IMG/VR virus record: IMGVR_UViG_3300011339_000677 | Span: 1 to 35,961 of that record | Source of the DNA: a virus | Taxonomy: Duplodnaviria > Caudoviricetes | Length of the DNA: 35,961 bases | Direction: 5' to 3' (one strand) | Part shown: positions 17,374 to 26,216 of the stretch, piece after piece | Layout: each line of letters starts with the position of its first letter | Position numbering within the stretch: the stretch's first letter is position 1 | Notes under the pieces: generated by a model | What the model saw: the letters and a program-made list of their open reading frames with translations, nothing else | Database searches by the model: none | Told to the model about the DNA's origin: nothing | Program-made: the position numbers and the translations under genes

Positions 17374-18528
17374 TTACAGCGTGGTCGAGGTCTTAGTACG
17401 ATGCACCAAGTACCACACCGGGTTACCGGTGGTAGCATTACCAGCGGCCAAACGCAGAGCGGCAAAGTACAGCTTCACACCAACGGTGACCAACTGGTTC
17501 AACGGATCGCTCTTGTCGGGGGTATCAGTGATAACGATCTTCGGAGACAACGGATCATCACCGGTCAAGGCAGGGATACCGAACGACTCGTTACCGAAGA
17601 AGAAGGACGCAATGATGTCCTTGCTGACCGCCAGACCGCCACCCGCGGCAGTCGCCTGATAGACAAACTTGTCATTTTCAGTGGCAGATCCAGTGCTGAC
17701 AAACGAGTTGGTCTGGCTGACCACGCGGCAACCGTAGATGGAACCAACCTCGCCCTTATAGAACGGAGTTCCCTTGTTGCCGTAGTTGGAGGCGTTCAAC
17801 CAGTCGCTGTCGCGCATCAAGTCACGAGCAACGCGAGGATCGGTAGCGAGGACGTAGCCACCGTTGATCATCGGAGCGCGGTTGCGCTTCAGGCGCGTCA
17901 TAGAGTCGAGGACAGCGGACGCCGTCATCGTGGTGTTGGCAGCGGTCGTATCTGCGTTCAAGCCAACAAAGCTCTGAGTAGTCAGCGTGGCGGGGTTACC
18001 GTACACGCAAGTACCACCAGAAGCAGCAGCATTGCCGCAAAGATCCGAGTTATCGAACGTACCACCACCCTCGGCGGCGGAACCAATGGAGGAACCGCTG
18101 GCCGTGAGGTTGGAACCGACGAGGACGTTACGGATCACCGAGTCAACCCAGAGGGCCATGTCCAGACCGCTGGTCTTGGTGGCCTGCTGGAGGGAGTTGA
18201 ACAGGTCGGTAGCGCGGAGGATGTCGGTCAAACCGATCACCTGACCGTACTGAGCGAGCGACTTCTCCAAGCGGAGAAGCGCAAGCTGGCGATAGTTCGC
18301 GGAGCTGATGGCAGTACCTTCAGAACTAATGGTCTGAACACCAGACACACTCGGAGATCCGAAACGGAACATCGAGATGGCCTTGTTACCATTGTTCTTG
18401 GGGATCGGGGCCTTCATGCCGAACTGATCAAGAATCGTCTCCTGCTGGACGATCGAAAGCAGCTCCTTGCTGAAGTAGTTCTGGAACTGGAGTTGAATGC
18501 CGGTTGAACCGGAAGTAGTAATGGGCAT
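17374..18528 (-). CDS. Major capsid protein, N4-gp56 family
   Basis: 384 aa; IPKN.G.K.I...F, QYG....TD, GEVGSIYG.R.V and KSDPLNQ..TVG.K motifs. Confidence 0.9.
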   Translation of the reverse strand: MPITTSGSTGIQLQFQNYFSKELLSIVQQETILDQFGMKAPIPKNNGNKAISMFRFGSPSVSGVQTISSEGTAISSANYRQLALLRLEKSLAQYGQVIGLTDILRATDLFNSLQQATKTSGLDMALWVDSVIRNVLVGSNLTASGSSIGSAAEGGGTFDNSDLCGNAAASGGTCVYGNPATLTTQSFVGLNADTTAANTTMTASAVLDSMTRLKRNRAPMINGGYVLATDPRVARDLMRDSDWLNASNYGNKGTPFYKGEVGSIYGCRVVSQTNSFVSTGSATENDKFVYQATAAGGGLAVSKDIIASFFFGNESFGIPALTGDDPLSPKIVITDTPDKSDPLNQLVTVGVKLYFAALRLAAGNATTGNPVWYLVHRTKTSTTL

Positions 18529-18549
18529 ATTTTAGTTGAGGTTGTGCTA

Positions 18550-19497
18550 CTAGGCTGCTTCCCGGTCGTATTCTCGTGCGGCTCGCATGAGCGCATCCCT
18601 TTGCTCCTTCAGGGATAGCTTGGAAAAATCCTTTTCCTCTGCTTTGAGTTGTCCTGCCGGAACGCTTTTCCCAATAGCGGTCTTCTGCTGGAGCTTACTG
18701 AGCTGTTCTTTCAGAGCCTTATTCTCGGACTCAAGCGACTGAGATCGACCCGCAGTATCCTGGAGCTTCATCAGTTCAACCGCATGGACAAGTCCATCGG
18801 GCATCGCAGTGAGGAACGGAACCCGCTGCAACAATTCAACCGTGCGCTTGTACTCAGGACTGGACTGATCCTTCAACCAAGTCTCCTTCTCAGAGAGTCG
18901 GCCATAGTTCTCAGCCCATGACTTGTTAAAACGCTCCTGCTGAACCTGCTGCTGCTTGGCACTTGCCGTCTTTCGGACTCCATCAGCCTTGGCTCGCGCT
19001 GCCTTGGCCAACTGGGTATCACCATCCGCATCGAACTCCTTGGCCGCAGCCTCGTAATCCTCCGCGGTATACCCCTTGTCATCCCGGAAAGAATTGGATT
19101 CAGCAGCCGTGGATTGCTCCCGCTGCTTGCTCCACTCTTCCCGCTCACGCTTCACCGCCTCGCGCTCGGCCTTGATAGCCTCCTTCTCGGCGTTGATCTG
19201 CTCCCAAGTCTTAGCCTTACGCTGTTGCTCCTGGGCGAACTTACTGCTCTTCGGATCCTTCGGCTTCTCCTCCTTCTGCTTGACCTTAGAATCGGACTCT
19301 GATTTTTCGCTGACCTCCTGCTCGCCACCATCGGTCTCTTTGCTGGCGGTCACCTCATTTGAGGATTCCTGCTCAACCGAAGCTGACTCGTTTGTGTTTT
19401 GAGTTGGCTCCGATGGTTGGTTGTCGATATCGACACCAGCATCATGATCTCTGGCCAATGCGAGCATCGCGTCGGCGCTAATTGTTTCTTCTGCCAT
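18550..19497 (-). CDS. Scaffolding protein
   Basis: 315 aa; acidic disordered N-terminus, Glu/Lys/Gln coiled coils, directly upstream of the capsid gene. Confidence 0.75.
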   Translation of the reverse strand: MAEETISADAMLALARDHDAGVDIDNQPSEPTQNTNESASVEQESSNEVTASKETDGGEQEVSEKSESDSKVKQKEEKPKDPKSSKFAQEQQRKAKTWEQINAEKEAIKAEREAVKREREEWSKQREQSTAAESNSFRDDKGYTAEDYEAAAKEFDADGDTQLAKAARAKADGVRKTASAKQQQVQQERFNKSWAENYGRLSEKETWLKDQSSPEYKRTVELLQRVPFLTAMPDGLVHAVELMKLQDTAGRSQSLESENKALKEQLSKLQQKTAIGKSVPAGQLKAEEKDFSKLSLKEQRDALMRAAREYDREAA

Positions 19498-19553
19498 ATT
19501 GTGCTTATACTCGTTTGCTGGCCCGCACAGACACAGCAACCGCAACTTTGATC

Positions 19554-19877
19554 CTATGTATTCGTGGCAGAATCCGGATCATCTTCCTGCCCCGTAATTG
19601 ATTCTCGGTCGGCCATCATCTCGATGACCTTCACAAGACTGGCCTGACCCATTGCAAATCCAGAGGAGTATTGCAAATGGTTTCGGTCTGTTATAGCAGA
19701 AGCGTTCTGCATCAGAACCGTGTTCAGGAGAGCGTCCTTGAACTTCTTTCCGGTCTCGCTCTTGAAAAAGCTATTGAGCGCGGTGGCATCTTCCCGTGAC
19801 CAAGGAAGTGGATCCACCCAACGCTGATGCCGCGTAAAAGCCCACGCGGCTCGGAGCTTGGCGGTGAAGCTGATCAT
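19554..19877 (-). CDS. Hypothetical head-module protein (Bbp19-like position)
   Basis: 107 aa; FF.SE.GKKF...L and F..GQ.S.V patterns; lies between portal and scaffold. Confidence 0.55.
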   Translation of the reverse strand: MISFTAKLRAAWAFTRHQRWVDPLPWSREDATALNSFFKSETGKKFKDALLNTVLMQNASAITDRNHLQYSSGFAMGQASLVKVIEMMADRESITGQEDDPDSATNT

Positions 19878-20032
19878 TTCGCAGCTTTTTTCCGACCTGC
19901 CGCCTGCCGCCGCATGAACTCCGCGGCCCCGAGCTTCTTGCGCCCGATGTATGCCGCGAGAGCCCTCGGATCATCGGCTCCCTCCTTCTTGAGTTGCGTT
20001 GCCAGTTTGCTGAACTTCGATTTCTTCTTCAT
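19874..20032 (-). CDS. Small basic protein (not in ORF track)
   Basis: 52 aa: MKKKSKFSKLATQLKKEGADDPRALAAYIGRKKLGAAEFMRRQAAGRKKAAK; ATGA overlap downstream. Confidence 0.75.
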   Translation of the reverse strand: MKKKSKFSKLATQLKKEGADDPRALAAYIGRKKLGAAEFMRRQAAGRKKAAK

Positions 20033-20035
20033 AAA

Positions 20036-20281
20036 TTACCAAGCTTTGCAGGACCAGTGCCTCGGAGTCGTCTTGTCCGTCGCCGTATCACAGTTATGCC
20101 GCGCCCGGAAGCTCTTCCGGCGCTCCGGATCGTCCTTCTTGATCTCCATCTTCGGATCTCCGAAGCGAACCTTGATCACAGTCCCCTTGGGGTTGCGAAC
20201 ATAAACGGCACTCTTCTTCCGTTCACCCGGAGTGTAGAACGGTTTGTTGAGCGTGACCTTCTTCCCTTGGTACTCGGCCAT
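20036..20281 (-). CDS. Conserved small basic phage protein
   Basis: 81 aa; V.FGDP.M.IK...P.RRKSFRARH.C...DK...R.WSC..W. Confidence 0.75.
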   Translation of the reverse strand: MAEYQGKKVTLNKPFYTPGERKKSAVYVRNPKGTVIKVRFGDPKMEIKKDDPERRKSFRARHNCDTATDKTTPRHWSCKAW

Positions 20282-20282
20282 A

Positions 20283-20585
20283 TCAGGATTGGAATAGGGG
20301 TGATTTCTGGATTTCGCTGATATTCTCCTGCTTCTTACCCTTCTGAAAGCGGATCCTCGGAGCAACGCCCTCTACCAATTCCTCAAGTAGGGGTGCATTC
20401 TGAGGAATAGGCTGCGGAACCGCTGCTGGAACCGGAGGAGGCTGTACAACAATCGTGTTCATAGCGTGAAATTCACCGCACCAATCGAATTCTAGGACAG
20501 TAGGCCAGCAAGTGGGTCTGCTGGTGGGCGGAAACCTCCGACAAGTATTGTCAGAGGCCCGATATCGGCAATCTTTGCAGGTCAT
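20283..20585 (-). CDS. Cys-rich putative metal-binding protein
   Basis: 100 aa; C..C.Y......C.R.PP......WP.V...DWCGEF. Confidence 0.7.
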   Translation of the reverse strand: MTCKDCRYRASDNTCRRFPPTSRPTCWPTVLEFDWCGEFHAMNTIVVQPPPVPAAVPQPIPQNAPLLEELVEGVAPRIRFQKGKKQENISEIQKSPLFQS

Positions 20586-20588
20586 GGC

Positions 20589-22493
20589 TTATTGAACTGG
20601 AGGAGCAGCCATCTCCGGAGCAGGAGCGGCTGGTTGAGGAGGCAATTGTTGCTGTGCTTGAGCCAACATACCACTTCCCTCCAAGAATTTCTGGATCTCC
20701 TTGCGTAATTTACGCGCCTCATTCGTAGATACCTGCTCGTAACCCTGCAACAGACTGTCCAGACGCACCATAAACGCATTCTGCGCCGCCGGACTGAACT
20801 GCTGACCCTGCTGGATCGCTCCATTGAGGTACTGCATCAGCACCCCGATACGCCCAGCGAAGTTCTGACCGGGTTTAGCCGGCACCGGAATACCCACGAG
20901 CAGCGTCGGGATCGTTTTGGTCTCGTCCTCCAGCTCATCCTGCGCCTTCTGGCCAGGATCCCGGAGCAATCGCTTGATCAGGCTTGGGTCATCCAGCTCC
21001 ATGATGCTCTTGTCCAGCTCCACCTGATCCACCCAGGGCGAGTTCATGAACAACTGCTTACGATTGATGGCCTGCTGGACCATCATCTGCCGGCTCACCA
21101 TGTCCATTCCACCCTTTGGCTCCAACTCATACTGGTCATGGAGGGCCACAGGATCGGCTTCCAGCGAGTCTTCTGCGAACCGATACCTTAAACTCTTGCT
21201 ATCGTACTGCACATACAGGCTCCAAGCCTGCCGGTACAGCTTTCCAAGAGCCATGCGGAATAGCCGCGCCCGCAGATCACCACTCTGCATGGCCTGCGCG
21301 TTGATACTCTGGATCTCAGTAGCCGTGCGGCGATCAGTTCCACCGCTCATCATACTGCCCATCGCGTAGTCCGGACTACCGATCCGGTTCTCCGCCACCG
21401 CTCGCGTCTGGTTCAGCTCCTGATCAAAGCTCACCGGCGGCTGCGGCATCTGCACCGGAGCCACGCCATACGGCAAAATCTGCCCCGGCTGGAACCGGAG
21501 GTTGATCGAGTTGGGCAACTCCCGCTCCGCACGGAACAGCGGGCGGTTGTACAGCGTCATCGCATCATGCTTGTGATTCCACATCGAGGTCATGCTCAGC
21601 TCGAACGGAGCCAGGATCTCGCACACGCCCCTGGGGCTGAACCAACCCTTATCCTTGATCTCGTAGGGGAAGTCCACGAAGGGAAGTTGGCCATGATCGT
21701 AGGGCAGTTCCATAGGATCGCGGAGATCAAGATCCACCGCCGCGGGGCTATAGAGATAAACCTCCCACACCCCGTCATCCCGTTTCCGATACACCTCCCA
21801 CACGATCACGCCATCCGTGTTCGTTGTGTAGGTGATACCCTCACGCAACTGCTTCGCATCATCCTCGGACGCCGCGCCCGGAATATTGTCATCCTCCTGC
21901 GGATTCCCCCGGATCTTCTCGATCGTCTTGTTATCCGCCTTCCATCCGAACTGGCCGGCCATCCGCTTGTACGCATTGACGCTCATCGGCATCACATGCA
22001 CCGCCCAGTCAGCATCCTGCAAATCCACCGTGTACGCCGGCACCACGAAATACATCGGGTCCACCGCCTCGAATCCCACCCGCTTATCACCCGGATTCCA
22101 GAAGCACTTCATAACCCCACGCCCGCTCATAAGGGTGTAATCGACCCAGCTCAGGACCTCATCAGTGAAATTGGTCTTATCCCGGATCTTGTAATTGAAC
22201 CAATCTTCAGCCACCCGTGTGTAAGCGTTTAGCTGCTGGCGCATCGGAACGAAGCTGGCCACTACATCCATTCCAAGTGCCTGCTGTAGGAATAGCGGCT
22301 TGAGCTTCTCGATCGCCGTATCGATGAGCGGCCAATGCAAATCCGCGGCCTTGGGCCAGGGCTTATTGGTACGGCGCAACCCGTGATGGCGCAGCTCATA
22401 CCACCGAGTCTGTCGCAATTCCCAGGGACTCCGTTGGCCAACAGCCTCCACTATCTGGCCTTGCAGCGAATTCCGCTGTTTGTCGTTCATCAT
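20589..22493 (-). CDS. Portal protein (P22/N4-like podoviral type)
   Basis: 634 aa; directly after TerL; G.GV.KC.W, LPY.HG..PF, RG.CE.L and TATEI motifs. Confidence 0.85.
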   Translation of the reverse strand: MMNDKQRNSLQGQIVEAVGQRSPWELRQTRWYELRHHGLRRTNKPWPKAADLHWPLIDTAIEKLKPLFLQQALGMDVVASFVPMRQQLNAYTRVAEDWFNYKIRDKTNFTDEVLSWVDYTLMSGRGVMKCFWNPGDKRVGFEAVDPMYFVVPAYTVDLQDADWAVHVMPMSVNAYKRMAGQFGWKADNKTIEKIRGNPQEDDNIPGAASEDDAKQLREGITYTTNTDGVIVWEVYRKRDDGVWEVYLYSPAAVDLDLRDPMELPYDHGQLPFVDFPYEIKDKGWFSPRGVCEILAPFELSMTSMWNHKHDAMTLYNRPLFRAERELPNSINLRFQPGQILPYGVAPVQMPQPPVSFDQELNQTRAVAENRIGSPDYAMGSMMSGGTDRRTATEIQSINAQAMQSGDLRARLFRMALGKLYRQAWSLYVQYDSKSLRYRFAEDSLEADPVALHDQYELEPKGGMDMVSRQMMVQQAINRKQLFMNSPWVDQVELDKSIMELDDPSLIKRLLRDPGQKAQDELEDETKTIPTLLVGIPVPAKPGQNFAGRIGVLMQYLNGAIQQGQQFSPAAQNAFMVRLDSLLQGYEQVSTNEARKLRKEIQKFLEGSGMLAQAQQQLPPQPAAPAPEMAAPPVQ

Positions 22494-22510
22494 AAAATGC
22501 TGCCCCTTTC

Positions 22511-24052
22511 CTATCCCCCAACCTCACAACCAGCAAGCGCAGACCCTTTACCATCCCCCTCAATCGCCCCCAGCTCATCCTCCATCCGCTCCAGCAAGGA
22601 TCTCCCATCATCGCCCAGCGCCTTGAAATACTCGTCCATCCGCTTACCACCACCACCGCAGAATGCCAGTACCACCGCATCCGCCCGATCCGGGCTATTC
22701 ACCCCGCGGGCCCGCAGCTCATCTTTACCCTCCAGCGTCAGCTTCCCCTTGCCATTAGTCCGCACCTTCCGACTCACGAACTGCTGGAGCAATACTTCGT
22801 CAGTACCCACCGGTCCCAGGTTCACCTTCCCCTCCTCCACCATCCGCCCGAACTCGATCCACATCTCCGCCGCCTTGTTCACGAACTGATCATTGCGAAT
22901 GGCCTGCTCTCCGAAGTTCACCCGCCGCACATCCCAACCCTCCGCCCTCAGCGCATCGCACATCACCACCCCCATGCCACCCACATCCGCGTAGATGTCC
23001 TCCGCCTTCAGCTTCCACTTCCGGAACTCGCTGATGAACCGGCCCACACTCGCCATCGTGTCCTTGTCCCGCCAGCGGATCAGACCCTTCACCGTGTTCC
23101 CTTGTCGCACCACCATCACGCTCTCGTCCCCGCCGGCGCTGAAGTCACACCCCGCGGTCAAGCGATGACCCTCCGTCTCCTCCTTGGGTGGGCCACTAAC
23201 CACCTTCTGCCAGTCGGCAGTCCGTACAGCCGTCAAACTCCCATCGTCCTCCATGAACTCCGCGTAGATCATCGAGCGAACCAGCGGGTGACCCTCGCCC
23301 CACCGCGCAAACTGATCGTCGATCCACTCCTTGCGGATATGCGGGCAGTCGAAAGCGGTAACAGTAAACGTCTGCCACTTGCCATCGTTACGCCGGAATA
23401 CATCGTAGAAGTACCCGCTGCTACCACCAGGGCTACTCATCAGCAGCGTCCGCGTCGGCTGGCACCGCTCCATCGACTGGAATATCCCGTCCGGCACCGC
23501 CTTCGCCTCGTCCACAATGTACATCAAGTCATTGCTCGGACCCTGCACATGCCAGCCCTCAGCCTTCTCCGGGTTGCTCGCGCTGAACCCAATGCACCGA
23601 CTCACCAATTGTTGGCCATCGACCACCTTCGGATACACATAGCGGATCTCGCCATCCTTGATCGAGAAACCGTTCTCCTCACCACCCAATCCATTGATCA
23701 TCTTACGCAGATGCGGCCACAACGCGTCCGCCACCTGACGGTACACGCCAGCCGTACACACCACCAGACTCCCCGGCCAGCGGAGCATGTGCCAGATGAC
23801 AGCCGACGCCGCCACCATGCTCGTCTTGCCAGAGCCGTTCGCAGCCTTCAGAGCGACCTTCGAGTGCTTCTCGTTCAGAGCGCCCAGCACCTTCTCCTGC
23901 CAAGGATAGGTATCGCGAAGCCCAAGCATCATCTTGGGGAAGTTGGCCAAATGCTGTGCCTCCTCCAGTAGCTTACGCTGCTTCCAAGCAGGGATGTGCG
24001 AACCCATGCCGAGTGAAGGGGATTTCTTGCGCTTAATTTGCTTGACTGCCAT
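22511..24052 (-). CDS. terL: Terminase large subunit
   Basis: 513 aa; Walker A AANGSGKT, Walker B YIVDEA, coupling motif SSP, nuclease GCDFSAGGDES and SPDRADA. Confidence 0.95.
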   Translation of the reverse strand: MAVKQIKRKKSPSLGMGSHIPAWKQRKLLEEAQHLANFPKMMLGLRDTYPWQEKVLGALNEKHSKVALKAANGSGKTSMVAASAVIWHMLRWPGSLVVCTAGVYRQVADALWPHLRKMINGLGGEENGFSIKDGEIRYVYPKVVDGQQLVSRCIGFSASNPEKAEGWHVQGPSNDLMYIVDEAKAVPDGIFQSMERCQPTRTLLMSSPGGSSGYFYDVFRRNDGKWQTFTVTAFDCPHIRKEWIDDQFARWGEGHPLVRSMIYAEFMEDDGSLTAVRTADWQKVVSGPPKEETEGHRLTAGCDFSAGGDESVMVVRQGNTVKGLIRWRDKDTMASVGRFISEFRKWKLKAEDIYADVGGMGVVMCDALRAEGWDVRRVNFGEQAIRNDQFVNKAAEMWIEFGRMVEEGKVNLGPVGTDEVLLQQFVSRKVRTNGKGKLTLEGKDELRARGVNSPDRADAVVLAFCGGGGKRMDEYFKALGDDGRSLLERMEDELGAIEGDGKGSALAGCEVGG

Positions 24053-24059
24053 AAAATTG

Positions 24060-24187
24060 TGGGCGGTACGGGGAGGGGGTATCAGGTATCACCCCACCCC
24101 CCTCGTGGGGGTCCCCCCTACCCCGTCGTCTATCACTGCGTCCTATCCTACTACGCTATACTACTACCTATTGCTATTGCTATTGTA
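24060..24187. other. G/C-run-rich and low-complexity spacer between terS and terL
   Basis: Many G4-6/C4-6 runs, hairpin ACCCCC-ctcgt-GGGGGT, followed by CTA/CTATTG short repeats. Confidence 0.6.
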
Positions 24188-24601
24188 TTACTTCCCACCA
24201 CCGAATGCGCCAAGGAGACTGCCGCTAATTGATAATTCCTTCCCACCTTTGCCAGTGTGTTCTAGCGATGCGCGAGCAACGTAACCACGGGTACGCTCGA
24301 GTAGCCATGCAGCACCTTGCCATCCATTGGATGCATCGAGCACGCGGCCCTGCATCTCAACCTCTCCGGTTACCCTAGCGCTTTCGAGTTCCTGGGCGAA
24401 CTCTGGATGCCGGACCAGATACTGCCCCCATCCAGTTGGATTGGCTGATGAAAACCCGCAGAGTATCGCGACCCGATCATGAGGCATTCCCAAGTAAGCC
24501 GCTCGAGTTGCTGTTTTTTTCATCTCATCAGTAACCTGTTTTTCAGGCCTCCCACCCCTGGCTTTTCCGACTCGCTTATCGGTTGTCATTACCTTTCCCA
24601 T
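24188..24601 (-). CDS. terS: Terminase small subunit
   Basis: GGRP N-terminus, HTH-like core, WQ.AAWLLER, C-terminal LEHTGKGG; upstream of TerL. Start may be 24601 or 24589. Confidence 0.75.
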   Translation of the reverse strand: MGKVMTTDKRVGKARGGRPEKQVTDEMKKTATRAAYLGMPHDRVAILCGFSSANPTGWGQYLVRHPEFAQELESARVTGEVEMQGRVLDASNGWQGAAWLLERTRGYVARASLEHTGKGGKELSISGSLLGAFGGGK

Positions 24602-24644
24602 GCCCCCACTTTGCGCCACAAAGTAACCCCCGTCTAATCTCAAA

Positions 24645-24700
24645 TAAAACTTTACTTTCCCTGTTGCAGTTTGCCGCAACCTGTGCTTTACTTTGCGTGC
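24645..24700 (+). promoter_or_regulatory. Divergent control region, possible promoter/operator for the + strand island
   Basis: AT-rich gap between divergent genes; TTGCAG-17 bp-TTTACT; inverted repeat GTTGC(24663-67)/GCAAC(24676-80). Confidence 0.35.
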
Positions 24701-24729
24701 GCTCCCGATATCCGGAGCATCTACTACCA

Positions 24730-24837
24730 ATGAAACTACGCATTCCCCCTCGCTTCCAAGGCCCTCTCGCGGCTTTGGGCTTCCTCCTCCTCATGGCCAT
24801 TGTGGCCCTCATCGAATCGATTGGGGGTTCCCTGTGA
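24730..24837 (+). CDS. Small membrane peptide
   Basis: 35 aa MKLRIPPRFQGPLAALGFLLLMAIVALIESIGGSL; GTGA overlap with the next gene. Confidence 0.6.
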   Translation: MKLRIPPRFQGPLAALGFLLLMAIVALIESIGGSL

Positions 24838-25532
24838 GCAACGGTTACGTCATCCATGAAGACTCCCAAAGGGTCATCATTGCCACCGGCTTCAATAAAC
24901 CCTCAGACAACCGGAAAACGGGCGACATGATCCAAGTGTGGATTCTGGTCAAATCCGTGGACCCCGTCACCGCGATTAAAACCGGCTTGGACCGTATTAT
25001 TTGCGGAAACTGCCGGCACCGGGGTCACAAGGTTGACGGTCGCTTCGGCGTTGAGCGCACTTGCTACGTCAACGAAGGGCAAGCGCCTTTGGGCATCTGG
25101 AAAGCTTGGAAGGCCGGAAACTATCCCACACTCCGCTCTCTCGAAGTGTTCACTGGCCGCAAAGTCCGTTTCGGAGCCTACGGCGATCCCACGCATTTAC
25201 CCCTTAGCCTCGCGCTTGCCATCGCAGGCGTTGCTTCGGGCCACACGGGCTATACCCACCAATGGCGCAAGCCTAGTTTGCAAGGATGGAAACAACTCCT
25301 TATGGCATCGGTAGACACCACGGCGGAGTTATTGATCGCCCGTGCTATGGGGTGGAGTACTTTCCGTGTCACCCCCGACACCGACCACCACACGATAGAA
25401 ACCCTATGCGCCAGTGATCGCGCAGGAACCCCGTGTGTGGATTGTCTGGCCTGCGCGGGTGCGCGGGGTGGGATTCAAGCGATACATATCCCGGTTCACG
25501 GGAAGGGTGCTGTGCATTTCATCGGCGCTTGA
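24834..25532 (+). CDS. Cys-rich enzyme-like protein (gp88/DUF7227-like, possibly Fe-S binding)
   Basis: 232 aa from GTG; S.N.KTG, C.NC...CY, VRFG.YGDP, GYTHQW, MASVD, C......C..C..C, HG. Confidence 0.65.
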   Translation: MSNGYVIHEDSQRVIIATGFNKPSDNRKTGDMIQVWILVKSVDPVTAIKTGLDRIICGNCRHRGHKVDGRFGVERTCYVNEGQAPLGIWKAWKAGNYPTLRSLEVFTGRKVRFGAYGDPTHLPLSLALAIAGVASGHTGYTHQWRKPSLQGWKQLLMASVDTTAELLIARAMGWSTFRVTPDTDHHTIETLCASDRAGTPCVDCLACAGARGGIQAIHIPVHGKGAVHFIGA

Positions 25533-25584
25533 ATTCCCCGGTGAGCCTATCGGAAACGGTAGGTTCCACGGGCAATTGATGCCC
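25532..25584 (+). other. Long intergenic RNA hairpin with GAAA tetraloop
   Basis: 21-nt arms 25532-25552 and 25557-25577 pair with G-U pairs, a 2x2 internal loop and one mismatch; alternative GGGCA-attga-TGCCC hairpin overlaps. Confidence 0.6.
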
Positions 25585-25593
25585 TCTTAACCA

Positions 25594-25818
25594 ATGAAAA
25601 CCACGCAATTAACCGCCAAGAAAACCGAAAACCCCTATCGTATCAAAGCGACCGAAGCTTTGAAGGAAGAGGGTTTCACAAGCTTAGACTCATTTGCCCG
25701 ACATGTTATTTGGGATGGCGAATGCCGCGCATGTTGCTCCGATGGATGCATGGTTGAGCCCGACGGGTGCTGTCATCACGGATGCCCTTCAATTCTTCTG
25801 GCCCTTGGCATGATTTGA
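25594..25818 (+). CDS. Small Cys/His-rich hypothetical protein
   Basis: 74 aa; DGC.VEPDG.C.HG.PS.LL.LG.I. Confidence 0.8.
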   Translation: MKTTQLTAKKTENPYRIKATEALKEEGFTSLDSFARHVIWDGECRACCSDGCMVEPDGCCHHGCPSILLALGMI

Positions 25819-25822
25819 CCCC

Positions 25823-26080
25823 ATGACCACCACCCACACCCCCGGCCCTTGGCGACAAACCGGAGCCAATGTCCGTGCTGGCGACGCTCTTATTTGCTAC
25901 GCCATGAATCATCACGCGAACGCGGAGACTCCGGAGCCTGAGAAGCTGGCCAACGCTCGCCTGATCTCCTTCGCCCCTCAAATGCTCCTCGCTCTAGAGC
26001 GCCTCACCCATCCTATGGCCGACGATGAGGACCTAGACTACGCACGGGAGGTCATATCCAAAGCGAAAGGTCTCCGTTGA
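25823..26080 (+). CDS. Conserved small phage protein (HTPGPW...ANARLI..AP family)
   Basis: 85 aa with HTPGPW and ANARLISFAPQML. Confidence 0.85.
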   Translation: MTTTHTPGPWRQTGANVRAGDALICYAMNHHANAETPEPEKLANARLISFAPQMLLALERLTHPMADDEDLDYAREVISKAKGLR

Positions 26081-26166
26081 AACCCCTACTTCGAGTCCTA
26101 GGGTATCTTGCCCTCTGTTTCCTGTTTACCATGCTTTTGCTCTTATCGGCCCTCGCCGGCAACTGA
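26077..26166 (+). CDS. Small membrane peptide (not in ORF track)
   Basis: 29 aa from TTG overlapping the upstream stop: MKPLLRVLGYLALCFLFTMLLLLSALAGN. Confidence 0.45.
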   Translation: MKPLLRVLGYLALCFLFTMLLLLSALAGN

Positions 26167-26184
26167 CATAGGAATCCCCACCAC

Positions 26185-26216
26185 GCCCCGTAGGTTAACC
26201 CCTGCGGGGTTTTTTG
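26185..26216 (+). terminator. Rho-independent terminator
   Basis: GCCCCGTAGG-ttaacc-CCTGCGGGGT followed by TTTTT. Confidence 0.85.

Noticed and set aside
17347-18507. 386-aa + strand ORF
   Set aside because: Antisense shadow of the major capsid gene; no recognisable motifs and expected from GC-rich codon bias.
19500-19550. Weak hairpin (TTGCTG/CAGCAA) in the scaffold leader as an autoregulatory site
   Set aside because: Only a 6-bp clean stem; insufficient support without comparative data.
21567-23971. + strand ORFs 21567-22232 and 23102-23971
   Set aside because: Antisense to portal and terL; His/Pro/Arg-rich composition typical of shadow frames.
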